Below are positions 47,599-58,681 of a stretch of 64,000 nt of DNA, piece by piece (position 1 is the stretch's first letter; every line of letters starts with the position of its first letter). The position numbers and the translations under genes are program-made. The notes below the pieces were generated by a model. The model searched no databases and was not told the DNA's origin. It saw only the letters and a list, made by a program, of their open reading frames with translations. The stretch is from an uncultured Gammaproteobacteria bacterium (lineage in GTDB: Bacteria > Patescibacteriota > Patescibacteriia > UBA9934). The stretch lies in the NCBI GenBank assembly GCA_964452565.1, contig CAYVLY010000001.1:451053-515052 (forward strand), in the 5' to 3' direction.

Positions 47599-48294
47599 CT
47601 ACCAGCCCTTTGCCTCTAATGCCTTTGCCGCTGAATCAATCTGCGCCTCTTGTTTTGATGTTCCCTCTCCTTCCGCCACTAACTCTTTGCCTAAATATGC
47701 ACCGATTCGGAATAGCTTTTTATGATCTGGTCCAGATTCCTCAAGTACTCTGTAACTTGGCGTAATCGACATACGCGCCTGTGACTCTTCTTGAAACAAG
47801 CTCTTCGGATCAATGTAGAGCTTCTTCTCCAAAATCTCTGGCAATGTTGCGATAATAAACTTTGTTACAAACTTCTTTGCCTCATCCCATCCAAAATCTA
47901 GATAGACAGATCCAATTATTGATTCCATTGAGTTTGCCAAAATGTAATTGCGTGACTTCTCATTCTTATCCTGAGACTCTCCTTTGGATAGATATAACTG
48001 CTCTTCAACATCAAGTGTGCGTGCGACCTTTGCGAGATTCTGACCGTTAACCAAAGCTGCCCGATAGTTTGTAAGCTCGCCTTCAGGGTTATCAAAGGTC
48101 TCAAACAAATACTCAGTCACCACAAGTTCAAGCACTGCATCTCCCAAAAACTCAAGCCGTTCATTGTGGCCCAATGGAAAATCTGCGTGCTCGTTCAAAT
48201 ATGATCGGTGAACAAGTGCCTGCTTAAGATGTCCTTCTTCTAAATACTTAATGCCAAGCGTTTTGGCAAAAGCTTCTAGTTTTTTATCACTCAT
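47599..48294 (-). CDS. rnc: ribonuclease III
   Basis: HNERLEFLGDAVLELVVTEYLF is the RNase III signature, with a C-terminal dsRBD. Confidence 0.9.
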   Translation of the reverse strand: MSDKKLEAFAKTLGIKYLEEGHLKQALVHRSYLNEHADFPLGHNERLEFLGDAVLELVVTEYLFETFDNPEGELTNYRAALVNGQNLAKVARTLDVEEQLYLSKGESQDKNEKSRNYILANSMESIIGSVYLDFGWDEAKKFVTKFIIATLPEILEKKLYIDPKSLFQEESQARMSITPSYRVLEESGPDHKKLFRIGAYLGKELVAEGEGTSKQEAQIDSAAKALEAKGW

Positions 48295-48296
48295 AA

Positions 48297-48818
48297 TTAT
48301 TCTTTACTGGGTTCTGTAGTCTGTGTTCTGGATTCTGTTTTTGGCTTTGATCCTGACTCTGGCTCGTGAGATGTTTCTTTATCAACATCTTTAGTCTCAC
48401 CTTTTGCAACCATGTCGCGGAACATTGCCCCTAAAACACCGTTTACAAACTTACCTGATGCATCTCCTCCAAATGCTTTTCCAAGTTCGATTGCCTCATT
48501 AATCGCAACCTTGGCTGGGATCTTCTGATCAAACCTTAACTCATAAACCCCAAGGCGCAAAATGTTACGATCCGTGTTGGTCATCTCAGAAACCGGCCAC
48601 TCTGGAGCAAACTCAGTTAGTAGAGCATCAATGTCCTCAACATGATCGACAACATTACGGACTTGATTGCCAATATAACCCTCGTCATCAAAATCTGGGG
48701 CAAACTCTGTCTTTACATGATCGATAACATCATCAAGACGTTTTGAATCCTGTCCCTGAAAATCCCATTCAAACAAACACTGCATCACAGTTGTACGTGC
48801 TAGGTGTCGATTAGACAT
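48297..48818 (-). CDS. nusB: transcription antitermination factor NusB with a low-complexity Ser/Thr/Glu/Lys-rich C-terminal tail
   Basis: ARTTVMQCLFEWDF...RNILRLGVYEL...AINEAIELGKAFGGD matches NusB. Confidence 0.8.
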   Translation of the reverse strand: MSNRHLARTTVMQCLFEWDFQGQDSKRLDDVIDHVKTEFAPDFDDEGYIGNQVRNVVDHVEDIDALLTEFAPEWPVSEMTNTDRNILRLGVYELRFDQKIPAKVAINEAIELGKAFGGDASGKFVNGVLGAMFRDMVAKGETKDVDKETSHEPESGSKPKTESRTQTTEPSKE

Positions 48819-48920
48819 AAAAGTACTTCAAATGATTAACGCTACTAGTATAACCGATCGAGGGGTCTATAGCCACCACAATACACTCAGGTGAATCGAA
48901 AAGACAGGACTCTTACCTGT

Positions 48921-49184
48921 CTATTTCTTTTCCTTTGTTGTCTCTTCACCTTTCTCCGACTTTGCAGCCTTCTTTGCTGTTTTCTTTTCCAAAGTCTTTT
49001 CCACGGCTTCCATTCCACCAGTTACCTGCCGTCCTTTGTACTGCCCACACTCCTTACATGCAGTATGAGGAAGTCTGTTTGCCTTACAATTTGAACAAGT
49101 TGAGGTATCGGTTGCGTTAAGCGCGTGATGCGAACGTCGTCGACGTACTCGTGAGCGAGATTGTCTTGTTTTTGGTACTGACAT
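48921..49184 (-). CDS. rpmF: 50S ribosomal protein L32 with a Lys-rich C-terminal extension; start taken at MSVPKTRQS
   Basis: MSVPKTRQSRSRVRRRRSHHALNA...CSNCKANRLPHTACKECGQYKGRQV is the L32 zinc ribbon. Confidence 0.85.
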   Translation of the reverse strand: MSVPKTRQSRSRVRRRRSHHALNATDTSTCSNCKANRLPHTACKECGQYKGRQVTGGMEAVEKTLEKKTAKKAAKSEKGEETTKEKK

Positions 49185-49305
49185 AGTTTCTATGATTAAC
49201 GCGAGCAGTGTAGCTGAGATTGACAAAAAGGTCAACAAATACATCTAAAGATGCACGAAACCGGCCCCAGCGGGACCGGTTGACGTCAGTCGTTGCTACC
49301 CCAGC

Positions 49306-49761
49306 CTACGCCGAAGCACACATAGCGGAACGACGCGGACGGCTCGGGAGGCGCGGATGCATACCACGGCGGGCACCAACCGACTCATTGACCTCAGGCT
49401 CATCACCATTGCGACCGAAGCGAACCTTCAGATGCAAACGCAGACTCCTTGCTTGCCTGGGCAGCAAATCACGTACGGCCAAACGAATCTCTTCTTCGAG
49501 CTCCTCGCTGCCACCCCCTCCCTTGCCGCACCCGACGACCCAGTGGCCATGATTCTGGTGCAGAACAATGACTGGATCTTGATCCCTGCTGGTTTGAGGT
49601 TCAACCCTGATCTCGAAGTTGTCCTCGAACTCGGTGATCCCATCGAACAGGTCGATATGCCTTTTCAGGACACCGGCGACTGTACCCAGAACAGCGCATA
49701 CGTGTTTGGGCTTGGTACTGCCGTACTGTCTGAAGGTGAGTGTGAAAAGCTTTGTAGTCAA
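49306..49761 (-). CDS. Hypothetical protein in a GC-rich cassette (151 aa) with a TTG start preceded by AAGGAG
   Basis: A candidate promoter TTGACC, 17-nt spacer, TATTCT lies upstream at about 49850-49880 (minus strand). The gene is about 58% GC. The overlapping plus-strand ORF 49357..49839 is judged antisense. Confidence 0.45.
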   Translation of the reverse strand: MTTKLFTLTFRQYGSTKPKHVCAVLGTVAGVLKRHIDLFDGITEFEDNFEIRVEPQTSRDQDPVIVLHQNHGHWVVGCGKGGGGSEELEEEIRLAVRDLLPRQARSLRLHLKVRFGRNGDEPEVNESVGARRGMHPRLPSRPRRSAMCASA

Positions 49762-49890
49762 AGTGACTGTCTCCTTCTGCTCTCATCTGCTTGGTTTTTG
49801 TCACACACGCGTTCCGAACCGTTCAATACGCGCCTGTGAGAATAACCAAAAACCCTAAATAGGTCAAGTAGGGCTTATTGGGCTCATCAC

Positions 49891-49921
49891 AAAAGACCGA
49901 GCTCTATGGACTCGGTCTTTT
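49891..49921 (-). terminator. Intrinsic terminator after gyrA: GACCGAG ctctatgga CTCGGTC flanked by A4 and T4 runs
   Basis: aaaagaccgagctctatggactcggtctttt. Confidence 0.6.
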
Positions 49922-49932
49922 AATTCTCCAAA

Positions 49933-52620
49933 TTACTTTTTCCTGGCTGGCTTCTTAGCCTTCTTCTTCACAGGTGTTTTCTTGGCAGAAGATTTTTTAT
50001 TCACAGTCTTCTTTTTTCTCTCTTTTACTTCAGGCTCCTTCTTTTCTTCTTTCTCAACCTTCTCAACAACTTCTTCTACCTCTTCCATAGCCTCATCAAC
50101 ATCAATCAAGGCAACGCTTGAAACTCGATCTCCTTCCTTTTTGAATCGCATTATCCGAACACCTTGGGTTGCTCGACTTAATGACGAAATCGAATTAACT
50201 GACATCCTGATAACCTGACCACCTTCTGAAATTGCCAACAGATCACGTCCATCTTTCTTTCGGACAATACGGGCTGATACAAGTTTTCCGGTCTTACTTG
50301 TTATCTTTGCGGTACGTATTCCCATTCCTCCGCGACCTTGGCGCTTGTACTCACGCACCGCGGTTCTCTTTCCATAACCGTTTTCCATGACAACCATAAG
50401 TTGCAGCTCCTTGTCATCGCCCTTTTCAACCGTTCCCATGCCAACAACCTTGTCATCACCCTTTAATCTTAGACCTCGAACACCTGAAGCAACACGTCCC
50501 ATAGATCGAACGTCTTGTTCACTAAATCTAATTGCCATTCCATTTGCTGTAGCTAGCACAACGTCATCTTTTCCTGATGAAATCCTTACCCACTCAAGCG
50601 CATCTCCATTCTTGAGCTTAATCGCAATCAAGCCTGATCGCCTTACGTTCTCAAAATCCTTCAAATCAGTCTTTTTGATAGTTCCCTTGTTTGTAACCAT
50701 GATGATAAACTTTGCGTCTTCAAGGTCTGACGGTGTCATTGTAGCTGTTACTGACTCACCTGGAGCCAACTGCAAGAAGTTTACAATAGCCTGACCCTTT
50801 GCTGTCCGCGATGCTTCAGGAATCTCATGAACCTTCAATTTGAATACCCGCCCGCTTGATGTGAAGAACATCACCTCTTTATGGGTTGTTGTAGTAAAAA
50901 TACTTTCTACCATGTCCTCTTCTTTTGTAGTAAGCCCTACAACGCCTTTTCCACCACGAGTTTGTTGCTTAAAGGTATCTGGTGAAATTCGTTTGATATA
51001 CCCATCCTTAGTCATCATCACGATTGTTTGGTCATCTGGGATAACATCTTCAATTGAAAACTCTTTTATTCCAGTCTTAACAATCTTAGTACGTCGATCT
51101 TCACCATGCTTTTCCATGACCTCAAGAGTTTCCTTTCGAATAACTGCCATTATCTTCTTCTTTGACTTTAGAATAGACTCAAGAGCCTTGATGATTGCCA
51201 TCTTTTCTTTATATTCCTGCTCAATCCTCATTTGCTCAAGATTTGCAAGACTTTGTAGTCGCATCTCAAGAATCGCCACAGCCTGACGCTCACTCATCTT
51301 AAATGACTTCATAAGATTAGCGCGCGCAACATCTTTATCCTTTGACTTCTTGATAGTCGCTATTACTTTGTCGATCTTGGCGAGTGCGATCCGCAACCCT
51401 TCCAAAATATGTGCACGTTCCTTAGCTCTGGCTAGATCGTATTCAGTACGACGTCGCACAACCTCCAGACGGTGGGCTAAAAACTCTTCAAGCATTATCT
51501 TCAATCCCAGCGTCCTAGGTTGCATTCCATTTTCAACAAGTGCAACAACATTGAAGTGGAATGTTGTTTGAAGCGGAGTCATTTGATACAAGCGGTTCAA
51601 AACCTTGCGTGGATATGAGTCCCTCTTAAGTTCGATAACTACACGGACCCCATCCTTGTTTGACTCATCTCGCAAATCCTTGATCCCATCGATTTTCTTC
51701 TCACGAACTAAGTTCGCAATCTTTTCCAAAAGCGATGCCTTGTTTACCATGTACGGCACCTCGGTAATCACAATATCGTGGGCACCCTTTCTAGCTTCAA
51801 TCACCTCAGCATTAGCTCGCACAACTACTCCACCCTTTCCAGTAGCATAAGCGGCTTTGATATCTCTGGAGCTATACGCGATTGCTCCTGTTGGAAAATC
51901 TGGTCCCTTAACATGCTTCAAGAGATCATCAAGCGTTGCCTTAGGGTTGTCGATCATTTCAATAACTGCGTTTCCAATCTCACGAAGGTTATGTGGTGGG
52001 ATATTTGTAGCCATTCCAACAGCGATTCCAAGCGTTCCATTTATCAAAAGATTTGGCATCTTCGCAGGCAATACACTTGGCTCCTTATTAGAGCCATCGT
52101 AGTTTGGTCGAAAATCAACAGTGTCCTTTTCAATATCTAAAAGCATTTCTTCTGCCACAGTTTCTAGCTTTGCCTCGGTATAACGCATGGCAGCAGCTGA
52201 GTCACCGTCCATTGATCCAAAGTTTCCCTGACCACGAACAAGTGTGTGACGGAAAGAAAAATCCTGGGCCATTCGCACCATGGTTTCGTAAATAGATGAG
52301 TCGCCGTGCGGATGGTACTTGGCCATCACCTCTCCAACTACATTTGCAGACTTACGAAACTTTGCATTTGCTCTCAGTCCAATAGTCCACATCGCATAGA
52401 GAATTCGACGCTGTACTGGCTTCAGTCCATCGCGAACATCAGGCAAAGCGCGTGAGACAATTACAGACATGGCATAATCCAAATAACAACGCTTCATCTC
52501 ATCTGTAATCCCCTGGGGGATAAGCTTTGTCTCCGAACTGGGTTCTGTGCTCCCTTCGACTCGCTTCACTCGCTCAGGGCCTTTGGCTGTCCTCTTCTTT
52601 GTTGTTTTCTTCTTTGGCAT
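49933..52620 (-). CDS. gyrA: DNA gyrase subunit A with Lys-rich N- and C-terminal tails
   Basis: 895 aa: [29 protein letters not shown] containing the active-site Tyr region, and GyrA-box beta-pinwheel repeats. Confidence 0.97.
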   Translation of the reverse strand: MPKKKTTKKRTAKGPERVKRVEGSTEPSSETKLIPQGITDEMKRCYLDYAMSVIVSRALPDVRDGLKPVQRRILYAMWTIGLRANAKFRKSANVVGEVMAKYHPHGDSSIYETMVRMAQDFSFRHTLVRGQGNFGSMDGDSAAAMRYTEAKLETVAEEMLLDIEKDTVDFRPNYDGSNKEPSVLPAKMPNLLINGTLGIAVGMATNIPPHNLREIGNAVIEMIDNPKATLDDLLKHVKGPDFPTGAIAYSSRDIKAAYATGKGGVVVRANAEVIEARKGAHDIVITEVPYMVNKASLLEKIANLVREKKIDGIKDLRDESNKDGVRVVIELKRDSYPRKVLNRLYQMTPLQTTFHFNVVALVENGMQPRTLGLKIMLEEFLAHRLEVVRRRTEYDLARAKERAHILEGLRIALAKIDKVIATIKKSKDKDVARANLMKSFKMSERQAVAILEMRLQSLANLEQMRIEQEYKEKMAIIKALESILKSKKKIMAVIRKETLEVMEKHGEDRRTKIVKTGIKEFSIEDVIPDDQTIVMMTKDGYIKRISPDTFKQQTRGGKGVVGLTTKEEDMVESIFTTTTHKEVMFFTSSGRVFKLKVHEIPEASRTAKGQAIVNFLQLAPGESVTATMTPSDLEDAKFIIMVTNKGTIKKTDLKDFENVRRSGLIAIKLKNGDALEWVRISSGKDDVVLATANGMAIRFSEQDVRSMGRVASGVRGLRLKGDDKVVGMGTVEKGDDKELQLMVVMENGYGKRTAVREYKRQGRGGMGIRTAKITSKTGKLVSARIVRKKDGRDLLAISEGGQVIRMSVNSISSLSRATQGVRIMRFKKEGDRVSSVALIDVDEAMEEVEEVVEKVEKEEKKEPEVKERKKKTVNKKSSAKKTPVKKKAKKPARKK

Positions 52621-52622
52621 AT

Positions 52623-53036
52623 TTATTCACTTGTTTGTTCATCTAACTCCTCTTGAGCTTGCTGCTCAGCTTCAAGCTGCTCTTGCAGTCTTGCAGCCGC
52701 CTCTTGTGCAACTGATTCAATGGCTTGACTCTCCTGATCCTCTTGCATAGCCCGCTCAGCTGCGTTTTGCGCATCAATCATCTCAACAATATTTTCAAAA
52801 TTATCAGCTACCCGTGGGAACTCCTGTTCCACCTCGCGCTGGAATGACTCTAGATCTTCTATTGTTTGAACATACTCATCTGAAAGCTCGTCACCTTCTT
52901 GAGCCATGGTGTCAGTGAATAAAGTACGCAACTGAAAGCCCCACACAATCAGCACGATCACCATCCCAACAATTACTGAAAAAATTATGAGGCGTTCTTT
53001 CTTCTTATCTTTTGTATGCATTTTCATATTACGCAC
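52623..53036 (-). CDS. Hypothetical membrane-anchored acidic coiled-coil protein
   Basis: A transmembrane helix [18 protein letters not shown] followed by a Glu/Gln-rich helical region. Confidence 0.45.
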   Translation of the reverse strand: MRNMKMHTKDKKKERLIIFSVIVGMVIVLIVWGFQLRTLFTDTMAQEGDELSDEYVQTIEDLESFQREVEQEFPRVADNFENIVEMIDAQNAAERAMQEDQESQAIESVAQEAAARLQEQLEAEQQAQEELDEQTSE

Positions 53037-53676
53037 GAGATAAAATCATCATACGCATATCCTCCTGCGGAAGACTGCTTTTAGTTATCTTGGCCTTATT
53101 TACCTCTTCTGTTGTACATCCAATCTCTTTGCAGAAATCTTTTACATCTGCAAACTTTTCCTTTACACCTTTTGCATGAGCATATGATGGGATGATCAAT
53201 CGCGGCTCAACTTGACCCACAACTTCAGCTGCTATCTTTGCACCCATAACGCTTTCTCCCCCAACAGGCACGATCAATACATCAATCTCTCCCAACGCCT
53301 CGACCTCATCATCTTCCAACTTTCGATCAAGCGCACCTAAAAATCCAATACGCACATCCTCAAGTGTCATTTTGTAAATTGTGTGAACTGAGTCATCCTT
53401 TTTTGGAGCCCTGATTCCCTGAACAAAAATGCCACGCACCTCATATTCTCCTGCATGCGTGATCTTGAATATATTTCTCTCTTCCTCTGGATTCACAGCA
53501 ACTAGGTTATTGGCATAATCTCCATCATGAGATTGAACCAAAATGGACGCTTTGAGCGTACGTGGAAAACGTAACCCCAAAGTGCCTTGATACGGATCTG
53601 TAACCAATATTGCCTCCCCATCAAGTGGCTTCCCCTTCATGGTGAAGCTCCCAAAACCATTCCAGCTTATGTTCAT
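53029..53676 (-). CDS. MBL-fold metal-dependent hydrolase; start taken at MNISWNGF
   Basis: WNGFGSFTMKGKPLDGEAILVTDPY...SHDGDYANNL... matches a UlaG/YtkL-like MBL fold. Confidence 0.6.
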   Translation of the reverse strand: MNISWNGFGSFTMKGKPLDGEAILVTDPYQGTLGLRFPRTLKASILVQSHDGDYANNLVAVNPEEERNIFKITHAGEYEVRGIFVQGIRAPKKDDSVHTIYKMTLEDVRIGFLGALDRKLEDDEVEALGEIDVLIVPVGGESVMGAKIAAEVVGQVEPRLIIPSYAHAKGVKEKFADVKDFCKEIGCTTEEVNKAKITKSSLPQEDMRMMILSRA

Positions 53677-53727
53677 AAAAACGTCAAAAAACCAATATTT
53701 AGCGTGTCTATTGTAGCACGGATACGC

Positions 53728-54069
53728 ATGAGAGTACAGTATCAACAAGCCTTGTTGACCATGAAGATTTTGAGGAATACTCTGCATGCAGAACTCACAT
53801 CCTTGGAGGGATTGATGGGCCAGAATATCGAGATTCGAATCGGGGCAATAGATGGTGCCGCAGCAGCTGTGATGATGGCTGAGATGTGCACAAAAGGATC
53901 AATTCGAGCGATCGACGAAGGCCAACAACGTATTCCATTCAATGGAAGTAGGCTCGAAATCAATGTTGTCAGGTTTGTACTTGCGCCCGACAGCAGCGCT
54001 GCCTTGCTCGTACAAATCTTGCACCAAATCAGAAAACCTGGATTCCTCGTGCTGACAGACACGTCCTAA
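53728..54069 (+). CDS. Hypothetical protein (113 aa) followed by a strong intrinsic terminator
   Basis: An ATG at 53728. The terminator CCCCACGC cctcgc GCGTGGGG plus a T-run lies at 54070-54104. Confidence 0.4.
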   Translation: MRVQYQQALLTMKILRNTLHAELTSLEGLMGQNIEIRIGAIDGAAAAVMMAEMCTKGSIRAIDEGQQRIPFNGSRLEINVVRFVLAPDSSAALLVQILHQIRKPGFLVLTDTS

Positions 54070-54150
54070 CCCCACGCCCTCGCGCGTGGGGCTCGTGCTT
54101 TTGTAAATAAAAACCCATAAGTCTTATAGGACCTATGGGTCTTATTATCT

Positions 54151-54828
54151 TTAATCCTCGGTCTCGTGCAAAACCGTATTCCAGTACTCAAGCTCTTTTT
54201 TAACTTCTTCTTCAGACGGATCACGCTCTACGATCGACCACCCCTCTTCAAGCCGATCACACACACTGTCAATCTCCCCTTTCCATTTATCATCTTCATC
54301 TCCCATCGCACGCAGATTATCGATCAGTCCTTGCAAACGCGCTGACTCCTTTTGCCAATCCTCAACCAAAGTCTCATACTGCTGCTGTTTCTTTTGCGCA
54401 CGCTCGTCGCATTGATGATCCAATGTATCCTCAGCCAACAAGATTGCCTGCTCGATCTGTAAACGCTCCTCAGGCTCAAGCTGCTCAAACATATCACTTG
54501 ATATGTAGTCATCAAGCATCACGCCGTGCTGTACAACCGCATGGACTTTCTTTTTCACCTCCTCATCAATCCGATCAAATACAAGCTTCTGCAAACGCTG
54601 CTCCTCATCTCCGGCGCACAGCTCATTGTAAGCCTTTCGATATGGAAATTCTTTCCGACCGATCAAGCTAAGAGCTTGATGGATCTGCTTGGTGGTTGCG
54701 TCCATGTTTTCCGAAAGTTCCTTATGAAGCGCAAGCGCCTGTTCCTTCACCTCAGCTGGCGTAAGCGGCACAAGCTTATCGATCGAAATCTTAAATTCAT
54801 CTAAATAAGATTGATGTGGATGTTTCAT
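54151..54828 (-). CDS. Hypothetical acidic helical protein (225 aa)
   Basis: An ORF with TATAAT 8 nt upstream of the ATG. No family was recognised. Confidence 0.5.
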   Translation of the reverse strand: MKHPHQSYLDEFKISIDKLVPLTPAEVKEQALALHKELSENMDATTKQIHQALSLIGRKEFPYRKAYNELCAGDEEQRLQKLVFDRIDEEVKKKVHAVVQHGVMLDDYISSDMFEQLEPEERLQIEQAILLAEDTLDHQCDERAQKKQQQYETLVEDWQKESARLQGLIDNLRAMGDEDDKWKGEIDSVCDRLEEGWSIVERDPSEEEVKKELEYWNTVLHETED

Positions 54829-54842
54829 ATGGACTTATTATA

Positions 54843-54884
54843 ACGCAGAAAGCAGAACGCAGAAAGCAGAACGCAGAAAAACTA
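54843..54884. repeat. Tandem repeat of the 14-mer cgcagaaagcagaa (about 2.7 copies) with a partially complementary right arm at 54890-54915
   Basis: cgcagaaagcagaa cgcagaaagcagaa cgcagaaaaac ... tgttccgagttctgttttctgtattctg. Confidence 0.55.
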
Positions 54885-55010
54885 AACTGTGTTCCGAGTT
54901 CTGTTTTCTGTATTCTGTAAATAAAGCACAATTCCCCGCGCCAGCCAGAGTGGCCGGGGCGGGGTTGAAGTGAGTTGTATCGCTGTTGATGTCTACAGCG
55001 ACTCGGCGTG

Positions 55011-55970
55011 CTATGCGGTCAGCCGACCTGAGCGGATGAGGTGTAGGAGCTGAAACCCTCGCTCACCAAGCAAGACGCCGCTGAGGTGCGGTAGTGCCCG
55101 TTCCAGATCTGATCCCTGCCGGCTGGCGTCATGCAGCCTAGCTTCGAGACGATCGCGACCATCTCCGAGCCTAGCAAGCGTCTTGGCTACATTGGGCACC
55201 AGCAGGAAGCTCGTACCAGCTGCCCGGAAAAGTCCCAGGTCAGTCTTGGGCGAATCACCAACACTAAGTACGCGCGGCAAAGGAATCTGCTGCTTTTGCG
55301 CCCAAAAAGCGAGCACATCCCCCTTGTTGAAGTCATGGACAACCGTTCTTGGCCAATAGCCAGAAATTTCATCGAGCCCATTCCAACTCAAGGACAACGC
55401 TCGTATGCTAAGCCGCCGATAATCTTCTGGCGTGAAAAAATGCCATGCCCACATTTCTATCGCATCCAAAAGCCCGTAGGAGGCAAACATGACCGGTTCT
55501 TCTGATGCATCCTGAGTAAGGAACGTCCTGAGGAATGTCTCAAGACCCAGACGGGGTGTGAAATCTTTGACAAGTTGCTGGAAGCTGATCTTGTCTACCT
55601 TGGCTGCAGCCAGACGGTCGACCGTGCGGAAGATCCAGTCCTCGAGCGCCTCCGGGCTATCGAACTCGCCGGCCAGATACTGACGCAGTTCGGCCAGATC
55701 AGCGTCCATGTCGACCTTGCTCATCAAGGCGCGAGTAGCGCCGAACGTCTGACCAGCATGAACCGTGCCGTCGAAGTCCAAGGCAGCGCCCTCGGCCTGC
55801 CTGACTCGCTCAAGCACCTGCTCAACCTCGGATCTCTCGAGATTCACAGCCAGAATATCTTCTTCCGGCCCAGCCCGCCCCATGAGATGGCGCAGCTCAT
55901 TGATACCTCTGAAACCAACAACCCGGAACGTATGACCATCATCCGTTTGAAAGGACATCCTGACCTCCAT
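55011..55970 (-). CDS. HAD-superfamily hydrolase-like protein in a GC-rich cassette
   Basis: ALDFDGTVH matches HAD motif I (DxDGT) and LSVGDSPKTDLG resembles motif IV. The gene is about 62% GC. Confidence 0.55.
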   Translation of the reverse strand: MEVRMSFQTDDGHTFRVVGFRGINELRHLMGRAGPEEDILAVNLERSEVEQVLERVRQAEGAALDFDGTVHAGQTFGATRALMSKVDMDADLAELRQYLAGEFDSPEALEDWIFRTVDRLAAAKVDKISFQQLVKDFTPRLGLETFLRTFLTQDASEEPVMFASYGLLDAIEMWAWHFFTPEDYRRLSIRALSLSWNGLDEISGYWPRTVVHDFNKGDVLAFWAQKQQIPLPRVLSVGDSPKTDLGLFRAAGTSFLLVPNVAKTLARLGDGRDRLEARLHDASRQGSDLERALPHLSGVLLGERGFQLLHLIRSGRLTA

Positions 55971-56052
55971 TGAAATACTGCGCCTGATTGCGCCTCAGGA
56001 TTGTTGAAACGTTAGCAAAAAAGAACCAATGGGTCAAAAAACAAATTTGTCA

Positions 56053-56124
56053 CCCCTGCGTAGGCAGGGGTCCATCGTTATATCTAGTTCAATAGTCGAT
56101 GGATCCCGGCTCTACGGCCGGGAT
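56053..56124. repeat. Two GC-rich perfect hairpins (CCCCTGC gtag GCAGGGG at 56053-56070; ATCCCGGC tctacg GCCGGGAT at 56103-56124) between the divergent HAD and rpsA promoters
   Basis: Read directly; they lie upstream of the rpsA promoter. Confidence 0.5.
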
Positions 56125-56136
56125 GACAAGTCAGTA

Positions 56137-56165
56137 TTGACCTTTTCACCAACATCAGCTACACT
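56137..56165 (+). promoter_or_regulatory. sigma70-like promoter for rpsA: TTGACC, 17-nt spacer, TACACT
   Basis: ttgacc ttttcaccaacatcagc tacact, about 80 nt before the ATG at 56245. Confidence 0.45.
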
Positions 56166-56244
56166 TCCCGCGTTCGATAACAAACTAATTATTAGCACCT
56201 GAAGCCCATGATCCACTAAGGATTATCGGAATCAGGCACAACAT

Positions 56245-57468
56245 ATGACAGATACACAGAATTCTCAGCTTTCTAGCTTGCTGGAGAGCGACCAGTATCT
56301 CAACATCCCTGAACTCGGTGCGCTTATTACTGCCACCGTTCTTTCTATTAAGGGGCGAGAGGTGCGATTGGATATTAATGGACTCACCACTGGTGTTGTT
56401 CGTGGACGTGAGCTTTTCACAGAAGGTGGGGCTTACAGCAACATTAAACGAGGAGATAAAGTAGAGGCAACAGTTGTTGACCTTGAAAACGAAAACGGTG
56501 AAATGGAACTTTCATTCCGATTCGCTGGAAACAAAAAAGCATGGGAGGACATGCAGGAACAGTTCCAACAGAATGACCCGGTTGAGGTCAAGGTTTTGGA
56601 TGCTAACAAGGGTGGGCTTATTGTTAAACTCAATCACATCACTGGATTTTTGCCAGTTTCTCAACTTGCTCCTGAAAACTACCCACGCGTAAGTGGTGGT
56701 GACAAAGGAAAGATTCTTGAAAAGCTTAAGAGCTTTGTTGGAAAGAAGATGCGTGTGCAGATTCTTGATATGAATGCTGATGATGAGAAGCTTATTGTTT
56801 CTGAAAAAACAATTTGGGAGTCAGAGCAAAAGAATGTTATCTCAAAGATCAATGTTGGAGACATGATTGAAGGTGAAATTACAGCACTTGCTGACTTTGG
56901 AGCATTTGTGAAGTTTATCCCTGAAGGATCAGATGCAAGTGGCGCTCTTGAAGGATTGGTTCACATCTCTGAAATCGCTTGGCAAAGAATTGATCATCCG
57001 CGAGACCTTTTGAAGGCTGGTGAAACCGTTAAGGCAGAAATCATTGGAATCGATGGAAGCAAAATCTTCCTTTCAATGAAAAAACTTAAGGAAGATCCAT
57101 GGGCTGATGTTGAAGAAAAGTATAAGATCGGTGACACAGTAGAGGGAACGGTTCTTAAGAGTAATCCATTTGGACTTTTTGTAGAGCTTGATAAGGACAT
57201 TCACGGACTGGCTCACATTTCAGAGCTTTCAGAAAAGCCAGTTGATCATCCGTCTAAGGTTGCAAAGGCCGGTGATTTGATGAAATTCAAGATTGTATCA
57301 ATCGAGCCAAAGGAACATCGTCTAGGACTTTCACTCCGAGCGCTCGAGGCTAAGCCAAAGGCTGAGAAGACAGACAAAGCACAGGGTGAAGAAAAGCCAG
57401 CTGAAAATCCTGAGCCTGTCGAGGCGCCTGAGGCTGAAGAGAAGTCTACAGAGGAAGCGCCTGTTTAA
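56245..57468 (+). CDS. rpsA: 30S ribosomal protein S1 (four S1 domains)
   Basis: 407 aa with repeated S1 OB-fold domains (GEITALADFGAFVKF..., GTVLKSNPFGLFVEL...) and an acidic C-terminal tail. Confidence 0.85.
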   Translation: MTDTQNSQLSSLLESDQYLNIPELGALITATVLSIKGREVRLDINGLTTGVVRGRELFTEGGAYSNIKRGDKVEATVVDLENENGEMELSFRFAGNKKAWEDMQEQFQQNDPVEVKVLDANKGGLIVKLNHITGFLPVSQLAPENYPRVSGGDKGKILEKLKSFVGKKMRVQILDMNADDEKLIVSEKTIWESEQKNVISKINVGDMIEGEITALADFGAFVKFIPEGSDASGALEGLVHISEIAWQRIDHPRDLLKAGETVKAEIIGIDGSKIFLSMKKLKEDPWADVEEKYKIGDTVEGTVLKSNPFGLFVELDKDIHGLAHISELSEKPVDHPSKVAKAGDLMKFKIVSIEPKEHRLGLSLRALEAKPKAEKTDKAQGEEKPAENPEPVEAPEAEEKSTEEAPV

Positions 57469-57649
57469 GTTACTGAAGAAGAGACAAAGACAGAAAAGGC
57501 AGCTGAGTAAAATCAACAGCAACAAAACCTCGTTATCTACTTACCATCTCGAGGAGCGTAGCGACGAGAGATCTTCTCAAGAAGTTTTCTCCCTACAGTC
57601 GAAATGGTGAAAGGGCGGGGTTTTGTGATTGAAAAGCCCCCACCCATGC

Positions 57650-57678
57650 TTGACAGGGAGTTGTTTTTCTGCTATCTT
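57650..57678 (+). promoter_or_regulatory. sigma70-like promoter: TTGACA, 17-nt spacer, TATCTT
   Basis: Upstream of 57717; AAAGGGA lies 7 nt before the ATG. Confidence 0.5.
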
Positions 57679-57716
57679 GCGACCTTGCCATCACTCCAAC
57701 ATGAAAGGGAACCGTC

Positions 57717-58001
57717 ATGGCAATGACCCGAAGCCCCATAGTCTTTCACTTGACCGTGCGGGTTACAGCAAGGCAACAGCAAGCAATCCGTACCGGACCT
57801 CCCCTCTGCGTCTCCCTGAAGAAGATCGTTCGTGTCGAGCGCATCAGGCACATCGACTACGAATTCGAGATCGAGCTCAGGTTCGAATTCGATGAACGCC
57901 TCGACGACGCACCCATGGTCTTCTTCACCCTCATGTCTATCCTCAGCACGGATGGCATGCCGTTTGAAGTCATCCGTATCACTGACGGAACCTCGGGCTG
58001 A
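57717..58001 (+). CDS. Hypothetical small protein (94 aa) in a GC-rich cassette
   Basis: It has its own promoter and Shine-Dalgarno motif. The overlapping antisense ORF 57672..58082 is judged spurious. Confidence 0.35.
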   Translation: MAMTRSPIVFHLTVRVTARQQQAIRTGPPLCVSLKKIVRVERIRHIDYEFEIELRFEFDERLDDAPMVFFTLMSILSTDGMPFEVIRITDGTSG

Positions 58002-58178
58002 GACGACAATCAGTCCCCTTTGGCCGTATCTGGCCTGTTCGACACCCACGACTGGGGTGTCGATTTCTTTTACTATTGACATGGTGCCTATTCCCTGCTA
58101 AGTTCCATGGCTTTCAAAGATGCGGTATGATTTGAACAAAGGTTCAATTCAGACCCCACCTTTCGAAAGGAGTGTCCC

Positions 58179-58469
58179 TTGAAGCTTGCAACCTTGACCA
58201 TCGGAGCCGCCTACTACATCCTTGGAGCAGTGTTCATCCTGCTGAGCCTCCTGCCCATGGGCGCCACGATCCTCTTCGTGGTATCTATTGTGAGACTCAC
58301 GATGAACCAAGCAATCAATGCTGATCTGATCACGACCATAGCCATCGCCTGCTCTGAGATCGGCATCATGACCATCGCCACTATAATCCTGGTCAAGTGG
58401 GCCATCGGTGTATTCAAGTGCACCAAGACACACACAGCCTGGATGCGCCACCGCCTGCAAGCACTCTAG
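58179..58469 (+). CDS. Hypothetical small membrane protein (96 aa, 3 transmembrane helices) with a TTG start
   Basis: AAAGGAG lies 6 nt before the TTG. That Shine-Dalgarno motif is embedded in a degenerate copy of the CCCC..TTCGAAAGG..GG hairpin motif. Confidence 0.4.
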   Translation: MKLATLTIGAAYYILGAVFILLSLLPMGATILFVVSIVRLTMNQAINADLITTIAIACSEIGIMTIATIILVKWAIGVFKCTKTHTAWMRHRLQAL

Positions 58470-58681
58470 TCGAAAATCGACTCTCGACACTCCCCTCTCG
58501 ACACCCTCTGGGGTGTCTTCTGCTTTGGGTTGCCAAAAGCCGCATTTTTTGGCATGATGCACGCGCTAAAAGGGTTGAAATGTTTAACCGCTCGGCCTCC
58601 CGCCTCGCTTGTTGAATATGTTGACGATTGTAATTTCCGACATAAACAATTTCAACACCTTTAACATATTAAACATCCACT